From Styela clava (Eukaryota), in contig NC_135264.1 of assembly GCF_964204865.1 (NCBI RefSeq), positions 10,230,001 through 10,294,000 of the forward strand: DNA of 64,000 nt. Reading direction: 5' to 3'. Under the pieces are notes generated by a model. It saw nothing but the letters and a program-made list of their open reading frames with translations. It was not told the DNA's origin and did no database searches. Of this stretch, positions 40,657-54,787 are shown in pieces; position 1 is the first letter of the stretch, and each line of letters begins with the position of its first letter. Position numbers and translations under genes: made by a program.

Positions 40657-42903
40657 TTACTTTTCACAAATGACTCCTTGTACGACTTTTAGGAAAGTTG
40701 TGCATTCTTTGTGGATCCCCTGTATCGCGGCCAGTGTGTACAGCAAGTATAGTCCAGCCGGCATTTTTAGACGGGTATCCGGGATACCATTTCATATCTC
40801 CAACAGTCCAACTTGCTTTAATCCCGTTATTCATTATCACGATTTTGTTCTAAAAAATAACAGTTATATCTTAGACCAGAGAACTTGTCAGCCTGATAGG
40901 CGTAACAAATAATAATTTAATAAAGAATTGACAGCGAATTTTCCCTTATCATGTTTAAAATGAGAAATAAAATAATATCAGTATCTAATTAATTATTTTT
41001 AAGTGGTTTCCGGTAACAAATATTTACACACTTGTCTGCCTTCTTGAGATATTTAATGAAACAATTATTGTATATTTCAAATAAACTCGACCAGAATTAT
41101 TCTTGATTCTTAATTCAAGTCGCGTTGGCCCCTATCAATCCGACTCTGTGTTTTATCACTCCGTTTACGTTTGGCTCAGAGAATTTCATAATTTTGCAAA
41201 AATGAGTCAATTGCTAATAATAATATTAAATATTTGCTAATCCTCACTATAACACTTAAATCAGAAATTATGCTAAAACGCGACTTTTAATTAACAACCA
41301 CCACTATTTTGACGACAACCCAGTCAACCTAAAAGTGGCCAAAAGCGATAGTACTTTAACATATTACCGAGTTAATGGTCATTCTAGTCCAAATTGTTTT
41401 AATCGAGGAGATCGAATCCACATATGCATTTATCTCACCAAAATGATTTTTTCTGTAGATATTTGCCGGCGTTCCATCTTCTTGGGCCCAAAGTTCGTTA
41501 ATCTGAGAATACTAGGCAGACCCTGAATTAGGATAAGCAAGCCAGAAACATTTGCCACCATAGAACACCTTGCACAAATCTGTAAAACAGATAACAAAAT
41601 TTGAATTTATATACAGGTTTCACACTACGCCAGATTGCGGTTTCCATTTGATATAATCGCATACAAGGTTAATTGTGAATTTAGAACCTCGACTCAATGT
41701 AAAACAAATAACAAATTTGAATTTATATACAGGTTTCATACTACGTCAGATTGCGGTTTTCATTTGATATAATCGCATACAAGGTTAATTGTGAATTTAG
41801 AATCTCGACTTAATGTAAAACAAATAACAAATTTGACTTTATAGACAGGTTTCACACTACGTCAGATTGCGATTTTCATTTAATATAATCGCATACAAGA
41901 TTAATTGTGAACTTAGAACCTCGACAGAAACAGGTAGATAAAGCCATGAATTTTGTTTTGATCACCAAGGCTAATATGCACATCATTCCAGCCTCATTTC
42001 TATACTCTTAGTCTGAAAAAAATGTCATGAAAAGGCTAGAAATGTTTATAGATAGATTATAACTTTTTCATAACTAGTGTTCTTATTCCTAATGTTGAGT
42101 TACACATTTGCCGTCTGGAATACTTCTCATTTTGTTTGTTACGTAGAACAAAAAAATCAATGGATGATGCATTCCTACCTTGTCGATGTTTCAGATTTCT
42201 AATTTCTTCTTTTATTTCCGTAACTGCCGTATTCAGATATTGATTCTTGCACTTCTGTAAAGATAGATAACATTATTGTAAATGGAGAACAATAACGCCG
42301 TATTGCAATACTACACAAACTTTTAACTAGCAAGGTTTCACGTATCCCAATGAGAGAGAAAATTGTCTCCAGGGATGGTAGAAATGTTTGATCATAATCT
42401 AAACGACAATAAACCCCGAAGCGCGATGGGAACAACAGCATGAATCAACACTCTCCTCATTTTAGCGGGTACTATGAATAATTATGCATCACTGAAAATA
42501 ATTTTTTAATTAGCCATATAGATTGTTTCACTAACGCGTAATCGTTTTTAGTCTTGTTTTTGATGTCGAGGCGACATTTTGATGGCAACCAAATAGCTTG
42601 TTTTAACATTATAAAAACTGACTTTAATTAACTTTGTTTTCCAATTTCAAATCGATAGCTTCCTAATTCACATTTCCCGGTGGTCCTATCTTCCCTTTCA
42701 TTCATTGTATTCCTCTTTTTCCTGACCTTCTTTGAATGTGCTGTATGGTGAGTCACTTGAAATATAGCTACTGTCAAGTTGACTTTCCGATGTGAACGCC
42801 TCCTCAATTATTTTGCAAATAAAATGGTTTGTTCCGTCAATTCAAAATGACTTCGTCAAGATCATTAACGAGAGGAAGTTGAATAAAATAGAAAACGCTC
42901 TAT
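40657..42903 (-). pseudogene. Collectin-like gene L4 (type B exon 4), pseudogene
   Basis: Start codon lost; TGA in the collagen region (42702-42704); frameshifting deletion in exon 2; TAG in exon 3 (41512-41514); deletion in exon 4. Confidence 0.85.
41581..41925. repeat. Tandem triplication of a ~116-bp intronic unit in L4 intron 2
   Basis: tgtaaaaca..ataacaaa..tttga...tttagaacctcgac repeats at 41581, 41698 and 41814. Confidence 0.9.
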
Positions 42904-45900
42904 TTGTTTTTATTTATATTTATGAAATTATAGTGTAAATATGAAATAGGTGAATTATTTTATATTCCTTGACGAATATATTATTTGAAACCAACAGTGA
43001 ATTAACAAATGCGCAAGTACAATAGCGCGAAATTATGCTAATGCTTTGACGTTTTGGTGCATTAACATTTTCTCCAAAACGCCACTAATACGGTTCGAGT
43101 AAATCACGTTGTGTGTTTTTGATAAACACACTGCTAATGAGCAGTATAATATGGTAAACTTGTTATGAATTCATGGCTATTTAATTTGACGACAATATCC
43201 CACGTTGTAGTTATAACATCGACTTACTTTCGTTAAAAAAAGAAATATATTAAGGACAAAAGAAGTTTCCTTAGACTAAATCTAAGAGGAATTTCTAAAA
43301 ATCAGCGCCGAAGCAAAGATAAAAGCTTTATTGTTTTTACTTTTTTTAAGCGTTTTGGCAGGGTTAAATAACGGATCGGAGTTGAAGTACTCGGTCTTCA
43401 TTTCACTACTCGGTAAATAAATGTAATTTTGCCATGATTCAATTAGGATTAATATGTAAGGATATTTCCTAAAACGTCATTAGCCTTATACTAAAGTACA
43501 GACTACGCACTCCTTGATTATCAAATACGATTAACATTGTAATAAAATAGCTATGTATCATATTTTAGGTTATGTTGAGGGGTTCAGGAACAGAAAGATG
43601 AAATCCGTTCAATGCAATTCTAAGAGTTTACTTTGAAGTAAACATGAATTTTGAAGAAATACAGATAACATTCAAACTGAACGAATAGGTTCAATAATTT
43701 TATGTATTTCTCAGAGTAACTAAATTAATGCTTGCGTGGCATGACAGTAGATCGTCTCGCTGGTATGGGTTAAGGTACTTTTACCAAATCAAGACCTTTC
43801 ACTGCTATTAGATAAGTTTTTTTAGATATGTCCTCTATATTCATTTGAGCCAACTTGGCTGCCTATTCCGGACAATAATCTGGCATCCGTGAGTTCTCCA
43901 GCAGGTCGCTCTCCTCTTTCTGCGGTTTAGTGAGCGCACCTCTGTCAATGAGCTCTGGGAGCTTTTTTCATTTTTAAGTTCCATTTTTGGACACGTAGTG
44001 GACCAGTTAATGATTTAATTCACGTTGATACTGAATCACGAAGACCGGATCATTGTCACAGGACTTTGAAAAGCTACGAGAGTACCGTCACCGGTACCCT
44101 GTGTAGTCGAGTTGTCTCTCTGAGACTTGTCCATTTAGTCGAGTTGTCCGTGGGGTGTGGCGTAGTAGTCGGCTTCCGATAAAATGACGATAAAATATTA
44201 AGTTTTTCCCTTTGTGTTCACATATTTGACTATAGCTTTTTGTTTATGTTTGTTTTTATTCATTGGGTTAATATTTGGTGATGGTCCTATGAATAGATTT
44301 AAATTGATTGTAACTGTTGGAATAAACTGACACACTGATGTTTATTATTGCTGTGATAAAGCCAGAGCAACAAAGGTTGAATAGTCTATTTGCGAACGGG
44401 CTCTTTGAGTATTTCTGGTGTTACCGCACATTGGATCACACAATATCATTCCACAATCCTAATTAAACGATAGCACCAGGTATTAGCTACATGTGGCTTG
44501 TAAATGTTTCAATACCTGATAATCATCTACCGTATTTCTCGGCCATTAAGTCGCTTTTTTATAGACCCAATTTTTTAGCCTTGTTCAGGGAGGGGGGGGG
44601 TCGTCTTAATAGATGGCTTTCCTCTTTTTATTGTTTGTGGGGATTGCTTATTTTTCGCACTAGTCTTCTCAAACATGATTTATGTAAGCTTCATACCTGG
44701 GTTGATATATTTTATAATGTATTCACACAAGACTGTAAAACACAGCCTAAACCATGGACGTACAGTACATAGCAGTATTATTACACCCTATTCATAGGAT
44801 ATTTCAATGTTTCAGTTTATGGGTTGTTCAAAATGTTTAAAATTACCTATTTATTGTGAAGAATTAATGCTGGAGGATTATTCTACCTGAAACAAACATG
44901 ACCTGGTTCTAATCATATCAAGTTATTTATACATATTAGTGTTTAACTGACCAACAGAGAAGCAATTTTTCAGCCCGTCTTGAGGAAAAAAAAAATTTTC
45001 ACTGCTAAAAATATGCTTCGTTTCATTTGTCGTGTAGATCTATTCATCAGGAAATATGGTAATTCATTTTTAAAAATAACGTTTTAGATGGAATTTCTAG
45101 CGTCGATGTGACTCATATTTTTCCATTCCACAATTGCGGATTACTGTAGTTCAGCTTTATTATGTTCCATTATTAATCATTACCAAAGGTGACTAGAGCA
45201 GAGCATTTTTGAATGCCTGATGATTTTAGAATCGAACCAAATATTAACACATAAAAAGACACATGTTTCGCGATTAACGCACTAGGAAAAATAAACTTAT
45301 ATCAGAAGTATTTTTTAAAAATATGTCTTTATATAAAATTTACGGATTCATCAAGGATTCAAGTATGAATTGACAAAAATAAGTACATTATGATATCGAG
45401 GTATATACTTAAAATATCATTTATATTTAATATTTGATGAATACCATATGAATACAGTTTTGTAAACAATTATTTCAAAAAATTCTGATTAAATAAAAAA
45501 ACATCGATTTTGTGAAAAGGCCTATTTCCAGATCGCCTCATCTTCCAAAATTTAAATTTAGAAATGCATTTGTTGCCAACAATACCCAAACTTATAAACC
45601 TACCTAAACTAATTATAAATTTGGTTAGGGTGCGTCAAGGTTTCTACATCTTGTAACTTAAGTTAATTAATAAAAGCCTAGAAAACAATCTAAATGAGTT
45701 TTCCTCGAATGGTTTTACTACACTGAATACACGGACATTTAGTCCATAATCCCATTTTCAGTTTAAATATCATCAGAATCGCTTTATGAATTATCTTCAA
45801 TTCAAAATAAATTCTTACTATGATCGAACGAACTTGTAACGTGTAATAAATGCATAAGTGTGTTATCGAAATGCAAAGTTAGTAAGTTTTAGTTGCTCCA

Positions 45901-47972
45901 AAAATGCTTATTATTTCGGGTATAAAGTTCATGACGTTTGTTACATTACATATCTATCTAAATAAATCATAACAACACTGAATTTATTGGCAGATGAATG
46001 AAGACCGAGTAGTTCATCTCCATCAATAAATATTTACAGCGTTAACAGACAAAAAGTGTTTTGCGTCGAATACAAGCCGTTTTATCATAATTTTACAATG
46101 AGGAGAAACTATACATTAGCTTTCTCAGGAAATTTCCACCCAAAACATCATAAAGCTTTCTACTTTGCTCTAGAGTTATTTTTGAAAAGTTTCTTCTAGA
46201 TTTAGCTTAGAAATTTGTTTTCGATTGAAACATATTACTTCATTTCACGATTAGTATTTTACTCGTTATAACTTAAATGTGATTTAGGATAGTTTAAGTA
46301 CAGACATGAATTCATCACAAGTTTTGTGTATACTGCGCTCAAAACTTGCAACGACGTAGGAATAAGCAATCTCTGCAATTGATTTTTTACGTAGAAAATT
46401 TTGAAGATGAATCTTGAAGTTAGTTTTGTTACCTGTTTAATTCGCAAGTCCCACAGTATTGGCAATGGTCATGTAGACATTTTTTTAAATTTTGCTCAAA
46501 GTACTATTAAATTTTATGTATCATGTATATAAGATATATGATCAGAATTGGTCACTCTTATTGAGACTCATTTTTACAATCGAGTATTCCGTAAAAGTGC
46601 AGGAAGTTTGATCCTAGTACAGCAACATTTAGGAGAAAACAATTGTAGATTATCAAATACACACAACGTGATTTATGTTAAAGCTTATTAATGTGGTTTG
46701 GAGAGATTGCAACGTGGATCGAAATGTTATAATTTGCATAATTCACATTATTGTCCATACAGAGCAAGGAGGTATTGCATCTCCTTTCAGCAAGACGGTT
46801 TAAATTCGAGGTAAAAAGAGAATTTGAATATTGTCAAACGATAATACCAGGTTTGGGTATTGCAGTAAAAAATAGGAAGGGACTAACATATATATATATA
46901 CATATATATATGATATCAATATTAAAAATTAACGGTTTACATACCTAAAAACCAGTATACGGTATATCCATATATCAAAAGAATTCTGACTGTAGAATGT
47001 AAACTGTAGAATACCTGAAAAAAAAACGTATTCAGTGTTGGGTATCAGTCCATAAACCCCGATTCAAGCCATCCAACCCTCGAGTCCAAGCCAGGTCTTA
47101 TTTTGCTACATATGTGTTGGGTGTATTTTCATATAGGCCTACGCATACCGGTCGACGGTGTTGGGAAGAATCATGTTTGTGACTCGAGTCGGACTTTCGT
47201 CAGTTTTTCAAACTTAGAAGTGACTCGAGTGACTGAACTGAAATTACCGCAAATAATACTTGGCTTTGTGACTCGTAATTGCAGTGACCTTACTTGGGAA
47301 TCCAAATTTGAAATAACTTAAGTCCATATTCTTGATTCGGGACTCGTTTGTTTTTCGACTCGAATCGACTCACTATCCAATGTCCGAGTACCTTATAATG
47401 TCGATAAAATTCTGAAACCTTATACACTTCCAACTCAACATGTTTTTTGATATGAATCAAAACTTTACTGCCCAATACTACGTGACTGACTGACGCATTT
47501 AAACAAAGAAGTTATTTACAACAAATGGTTTAATGCAATTTAATAAAATTTGATATATTTTCATATATGTGGCACAATCACTGTGATGTCAACATGACCT
47601 AAAGAAAGCACTATATACATCCCAAAAAACGATTTAACTACCCTGTTTGCTACTGTTAATTGTGATTTCCAATATTCGGCTATTTCCATTTTTATACCAG
47701 ATATTACAAGACTAGATGCATGCTAATGAACTGATGTTAGAAGACCTTAATTATTGGATACGTAATGAATGGATCAATTTGCAAAATTTTTTTTTGCAAA
47801 TTTTTTTAAGGCGACGTTCCGACTGCCCTAGGAATAAAATGCATATGACAAGGCATTAACGTGACATTTCAAATTATTTGTCGCCCGATCCTTGATTGGT
47901 GGTGATGTTCTCTGTTTCTGATTAGAACAAATTTTATTGTTATCACTCATCAGACAACTTTGAGTTTCATGA

Positions 47973-49963
47973 TTACTTTTCACAAATGACTCCATGCCTT
48001 GAGCTACTTTTAGGCCAGTTGTGCATTCCTTGTGGTTTCTCTGGATCTCGGTCAGAATGTATGCCAATTAGTGTCCAGCCGGCGTTGCCAGACGGGTGCC
48101 CGGGAAACCATTTCATATCTCCAATATTCCATCTCGCTTTCATGCCGTTATTCATGGTAATGATTTTGTTCTGAAAAAAGCAGTGCTATTTAAGGCTGGG
48201 AAACTTTTTAAGATTGTACTCGTTACGAATTAATTTTTTATTCAAATCCTAAGTTTTTTCCCAGCGTTTAAAACAGGATTTCCTTGACTACTTTATTATT
48301 TTGTATGTAAAGAGGTAAATTACAAATTGGTTTTCGGTTTCGGCAGTTTTTCAATTCGACTTTGTGTCGAATAACTTCGTTTTCGTCTGGCTCTTAGCAC
48401 TTCATGATTTCGCAAACATGACTCTAATCGAGTAAATATTTGCTAATCCTTACTTCACACTTATAAATCAGAAATTATGTTAAAACACCAAATTTGATTG
48501 ACAAATATTACTATTTTTACGATAATGCAGTCAACTTAAAAGTGGCCAGAAGCGATAGGAATGTACTATATTACCGATTTATCAATGGTCATTCCAGTGA
48601 AAAACGTTTCATGCTGGGCGATCGAATCCACATATGCATCTATTTCTTCAAAATGATCTCTTCCATAAATATTTGCCGGCGTTCCACCTTCTTGGGCACA
48701 AAGATCGTCAATTTGAGTATACGTGGCAGCCCCCGAATTAGGATAAGCAATCCAGAAACATTTTCCACCATAGAACACCTTGCACAAATCTGTAAAACAA
48801 ATAACATATTTGTATGCATATACAGGTTTCACACTACGCCAGATTGAAAAATCATAAAACGTAGCTCACGGGCTTAGTAAAAGTTTTCCATAAAATAAAG
48901 GCTTTATTGCGGCAAAGTCTGTTCAATCAATTTAAATTGCCATACTTTGTTTTTAAGGTTGAAGGGATAGAGTTCAAAGTTATAAAAAAAATTCATTTAT
49001 TCGGCCATATTTCAATTTTTTTCAATTTGAATGGTAAATATTTGGAATTATAAACCTGAACAAAATATACGAGATCTATAAAGTTTTGAACTGACATTAT
49101 TCTGGATTGAGCTTTCACATTTTAGTAAAGTATGTAAAATTGATTGTGAAGACCCTCGAGGTTTGAGTTTGGGAAGACAAATATGGACAAGTCATCGATA
49201 TTTGTGGCGTTTCGGTTTATTGCGAATAAAAAGCAAATGGCAAGCTTTTATATCCATTTTTCTTGTTTCATTTTTGACCCATTTTATACGAAAAAATAAA
49301 ATAATTCAGCTATTTTAAACAAAACAGGCAAAAAAACTCGATTTAAAACAATTGTTTCAAAACAATTTCTTTTGAACAAATCCATATCGATGATGCGTTC
49401 TTACCTTGTCGTTGTTTCAACTTTTCCACTTCTGCTTGTAATTCTGCAACTGATGAGCCATATTCTGTCATTGATTCTTGCACTTCTGTAATGAGAGATA
49501 ACATATTACAAATAGAGAACAATTGCACAGCAGACAATCTACTAACAATATAATCTATTTTATAATGTCAAGTTTTGTGAAGAAAACTCGTGATTCCTAT
49601 CAGCAGTATAGTAGCAATTCATGTCCGGCTTTTTTAGAATATGAATGTGACGTAAAAAAATTTAGACATTGCATAAAACTGACTTTGATTGACTTTGTTT
49701 TCCAATTTCAAATCGATAGTCTCGTAATTCACATTTCCCGGTGGTCCTATCTCTCCTTTCATTCCTTGTATTCCTCTTTTCCCTGGCCTCCCTTGAGTAT
49801 GCTGTATTGTAGGGTTACTCGAAATATCGCTACTGCCAACTTGACTTTCCGATACCAACGCCCCATCCATCTTTTGGCAAATGAAATGGTTTGTTCCATC
49901 AATTCCAAATGACTTCGTCAAGATCATTAACGAGAGGAAGGTAAATGTAATAGAAAACTCCAT
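47973..49963 (-). CDS. Collectin-like protein L5 (type A CTLD, mosaic), 257 aa
   Basis: Exons 49963-49684, 49485-49405, 48789-48575 and 48170-47973; all GT-AG and in frame. Confidence 0.88.
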
Positions 49964-50574
49964 ATTTGATTTCGTTTATATCTATGAAAGTATAGTGTAA
50001 ATATGAAATAAGTGAATTATATTATATTTCTTCATCATCACATTATTTTGAGCGAACAGTGAATCAACAAATGCGCAATTACCATAGCGCGAAATTATGC
50101 AAATGCTTTGAAGTTTTGGTGCATTAACAATTTCTCCAAAACGCCACTAATGCGGTTCGAGTAAATCATGTTCTTTGTATTTGATAAAATGCAATGATTA
50201 TTTTCCGTATGTAGCTAAACTAGGATCGTCTTTTTTGAGCCATAACTTTTTTTTTGAAAAATCGGTCTCAATAAAGGTTTTCAAATGACATTAAATGGCA
50301 ATTCTAAATCTGCTATTGCTCTTCTTTCAATGTGGAAAATCTGATAAAATTACTTCAAGAATTCCTTTCAAAATTTTTTACGTGAAAATCTATAGCACAC
50401 TTCTACAGATTGTCAGCTATTTACTCAGTTTCTGCGTACACGTGCAAGTGCTGATCAGAAGTATAATATAGCAAACTTGTTATGAATTCATGGCTATTTA
50501 TACTGACCACATTATCTCACACCGTGGGGTATAACGATCGACCTACTTTTTGTTAAAGTAGGAAAAATGGTAAG

Positions 50575-52490
50575 GGCAAAGGAAGTTTTCCTATACTAAA
50601 TCTAAAAGAAATTTCTCAAAATCAGCGCAGAAGCAAAGATAAAAGCCTATGTATTTATTTTTGATTGAAATTATTTTAAAATATAATCTTATAATCTATG
50701 AATTTGCTCATTGTAACATTATGATAGAACGTGGAGGTGATGGGAGATCAAATACTCTATCTTCATTTCTTGGTCAATAAATGTTGTTTTGCCAAATGTT
50801 GTAATTTAGATTGATATGTAAGTTATTCCCTGAAACATCTTTGACCTTATACCTATGTACACACTACGTACTCCTGGATTATCGAAAACGATTTGCATTC
50901 TAATAATATACTTATTTATCATATTTTAGGTTATGTTGAGGGGTTCAGAAACAGAAAGATCAAATTCGTTCAATCTAATTCTTAGAATTTATTTTGAAGT
51001 AAACATGATTTTTGAACAAATACAGATAACATTCAAACTAAAAAAGGGTTAAATAATGTGATGTATTTTTAGAGTAATTAAATAATGCTTGTAACTCTGT
51101 AGCCACAAATGTGTTTCTTGGATGGAACTCTTACTGTCCATATGTATCTCATTTTTTTTTTCAATTCAATGGTGTTAATGAAATCTTTTACAACTCGGAA
51201 TGCGACTCGCTAAATCCACGCCCTGTCTTGTGAGTTCACTAATTCAACTCAACTTATTATTCAAACTTCAAAAATTTCTGGAACTGAAACCTAATTTGAG
51301 CGTGACATGACAGTAACTCGTTCGAGAATATGGCGTATATACTGGTACAAGATGGTCATCCGAATAGATAACACTTTCTTATAGGTTATAAATAGTGTTA
51401 CCTCCAATAACAGTATATGTATCACCCCCTAACTTTGAACCCGAGAAAATGCGAATATTTGATTGAGGTTCTTTTACCAACTCAAGAACTTGCACTGGTA
51501 TTAAGTGAGTTTTATAGACATTTCCAAGCATATCAATTATGAAAATATTAGTTTATACTTAACAAACACCAATGGTACGATAATCAATGAAAATTTCCAG
51601 AACTTACAGAATATATAAAAATATGCACTGATGATACAATTTTATTACGTGATATATGATACATATAAGCATAAAATAATCTATTACTTCTACTTTTCTA
51701 TTACATATAAAAGCCTCAAAGAGGGCAAGGGCAGTTTTCTCAGACTAAATCTAAAATGAATTTCTCAAAATCGGCGCAGAAGCATAAAGATAAAAGCTTA
51801 TTTACATACTTTTGATTGAAATTATTTTAAAATATAATCTTATAATCTATGAATTTTGCGCATTGTAAAATTATGATAGAACGTGGAGGTGATGAGAAGT
51901 GAAATACTCTATCTTCATTTCTCGGTCAATAACTGTAGTTTCGCCATGATTTAATTTAGATTAATGTGTAAGGTATTCCCTGAAACATCTTTGACCTTAT
52001 ACCTATGTACACACTACGTACTCCTGGATTATCGAAAACGATTTGCATTTTAATAATATACTTATTTATCATATTTTAGGTTATGTTGAGGGGTTCAGGA
52101 GCAGAAAGAATAAATTCGTTCAACCTAATTCTTAGAATTTATTTTGAAGTAAACATGATTTTTGGAGAAATACACATAAAATTCAAACTGAAAAATGGGT
52201 TCAATATTTTGATGACTCTCAGAGTAATTCAATAATGCTTCCACTCTGTGGCTACAAATGTATTCCTTGGATGGAAGTCTTACTGTCAATGTGACTCATG
52301 TTTTTCCATATCAATGGTATTTATGAAATCTTTTACAACTGAGAATGCGACTAGCGAAATCAACGAATCAATGTCTTGTGAGTGCACTAATTCAACTCAA
52401 TTTAATAAGCAAACATTAGAAATTCCTGGAGCTCAAACTCAATTCGAGCTTGGCATGACAGTAACTCGTTTCGCTGGTATGGGTTAAGGT
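50575..52490. repeat. Local direct duplication (~770-bp unit, offset ~1150 bp) between L5 and L6
   Basis: 50575-~51320 matches 51722-~52470 (gggcaa..gttttcct...ctaaatctaa, gaacgtggaggtgatg, ctacgtactcctggattatcgaaaacgatttgcat). Related to 27960-28490 and 43255-43730. Confidence 0.8.
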
Positions 52491-52830
52491 ACTTTCACCA
52501 AATCAAGACCTCGCACTGCTATTAAAATAGGTTGTCTTTACATTCCCAAGCATATCAATTATGGCAATAATAGTTTATACTTCACAAACACCAATGGTAC
52601 GATAATCAATGAACTGTATCGAAAGTTATTAAATACATCAAAATAAGTACTGGTGATACAATTTTATTACGATGATATATGATACATATAAACATAAAGT
52701 TAATCTGTTATTTCTATATTTCATTTTATGCATGAAAACCCCAATTGTAAAGTTTGACTTCATTCTTCTTGTAGCTGTTGAATACCTTTAGGTTCATTCA
52801 ATTATCAGTAGTTTTCACGAATTTTCATGA

Positions 52831-54787
52831 TTACTTTTCACAAATGACTCCATGCGCATGACTATTTTTAGACCAGCTGTGCATTCCTTGTGAAGCACCT
52901 GGAGCACGGACAGTGTATATAGCAAGTACAGTCCACTCGGCATGGTTAGACGGGTGCCCGGGATTCCATTTCATATCTCCAACAGTCCAACTTGCTTCAA
53001 TTCCATTATTCATTGTCACGATTTTGTTCTAGAAAATATCAGTTCTATAATAAGCTAATCAATTACTTAATAGAAAATTGACGACGATTTTATTCTCATC
53101 GTGTTTGAAAAGAAATATTGAAGTTTCACGATGTACTGCATTATTTCTGAGTGATTTCCAGTAACAAAATTCACACTCTTTCCTGCCTTCTTAAGATATT
53201 TAATGAAACAATTATTGAATTTTTCACCGAAAAGTCGACCAAAGTTATTTTTGATTCACAAGTCAAATCGCGCTGGCCTCTTGTCAAACTAACCCCGTGT
53301 CGAATCACTTCGTTTTCGTTTGGCTCAAAGCATTTCTAATTTCGCAAAAGTGACTCGAGTCAATTGCTAATAATGATATTAAATATTTGCTAATTCTTAC
53401 TAAACCCCATAAAACAAAATGACACAAATTCAAATGACAATCAAGTCACGTCAAGTCTAGCATATTACCGAATTAATGGTCATTCCAGTGAAAAATGTTT
53501 TACGCGGGGCGAAGGAGTACGATAATGTATCTATCTCTTCAAAATGATTTCTTCCATAGATGTTTGCCGGCGTTCCACCTTCTTGGGCACAAAGTTCGTC
53601 AATTAGAGAATACGGGGCATAACCCCGACTAGGATAAGCAAGCCAGAAACATTTGCCACCGTAGAACACCTTGCACAAATCTGTAGACAGATACAAAATG
53701 TGAATGCATATACAAGTTTTACACTACGTCAGCTTGCGCTTTTTATCTGATATAATCGCGTATACAATGTTAATTGTGAATTTAGAGCCTTGAAAGATTC
53801 AGCCATAAATTTGGTTTTCAACACCAAGGCTGAAATACGTATTATTTCAGCCACATTCCTAATCTTAATTCGGAGAAAAAGTCATGGAATGGCTAGAATG
53901 ATTTATAGATAGATTTGAGTTACACCCTTGCCTATGGAAAGTGTCTATTTTATTTGTTACTAAGAACATAAAATGTTATTCATACCTTGTCGATGTTTTA
54001 GATTTCTAACTTCTTCTTGTAATTCCGCAACTGTTGAGCCATATTCTGTCATTGATTCTTGCACTTCTGTAAAGATAAATAACATTATTGTAAATGTTGA
54101 ACAATAACGCCGTAATGCAATTCTACACAACAAATTTCACATATCCTAATGAGTGCAAAAATTGTCTCCCGGGATGGCAAAAATGTTCGATCAAAACTAA
54201 ACGACGATCAGTCACATTGGAATTACAGCATCAATCACCGTTTCAGCTCATTTTAGTGTACATTATAAATAATTATGCATTACTGTGAATGTTCCAATAT
54301 TGAGCCATGTAGATTGTTTTTAGTTTTGTTTCTGATGTCGAGGCGACATCTTGGTACTAAATAAATAGCTTTTCTATTTCAATATTTTGCATTCAAAGAT
54401 GAAATTAGTCGACCGACAGAAGTGCACAACTTTTAATAATATTTCATGTCGACTCTCTCAGGACATGAATGTGACATGAGAAAATTTGGCCATTACAAAA
54501 AACTGACTTTGATTAACTTTGTTTTCCAATTTCAAATCGATAGTTTCGTAATTCACATTTCCCGGTGGTCCTATCTCTCCTTTCATTCCTTGTATTCCTC
54601 TTTTCCCTGGCCTCCCTTGAATATGCTGTATTGTAGGGTTACTCGAAATATCGCTACTGCCAACTTGACTTTCCGATACCAACGCCCCATCCATCTTTTG
54701 GCAAATGAAATGGTTTGTTCCATCAATTCCAAATGACTTGTTCAGAATCATCAACGAGAGAAAGGTGAATGTAATAGAAAACTCCAT
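52831..54787 (-). CDS. Collectin-like protein L6 (type B exon 4), 256 aa
   Basis: Exons 54787-54508, 54066-53986, 53680-53469 and 53028-52831; all GT-AG and in frame. Confidence 0.88.

Noticed and set aside
22860-47390. Repeated gactcgagtc motifs and other repeats as a CRISPR-like array
   Set aside because: Eukaryotic context, irregular spacing and no constant repeat-spacer period; better explained as MITE subterminal motifs.
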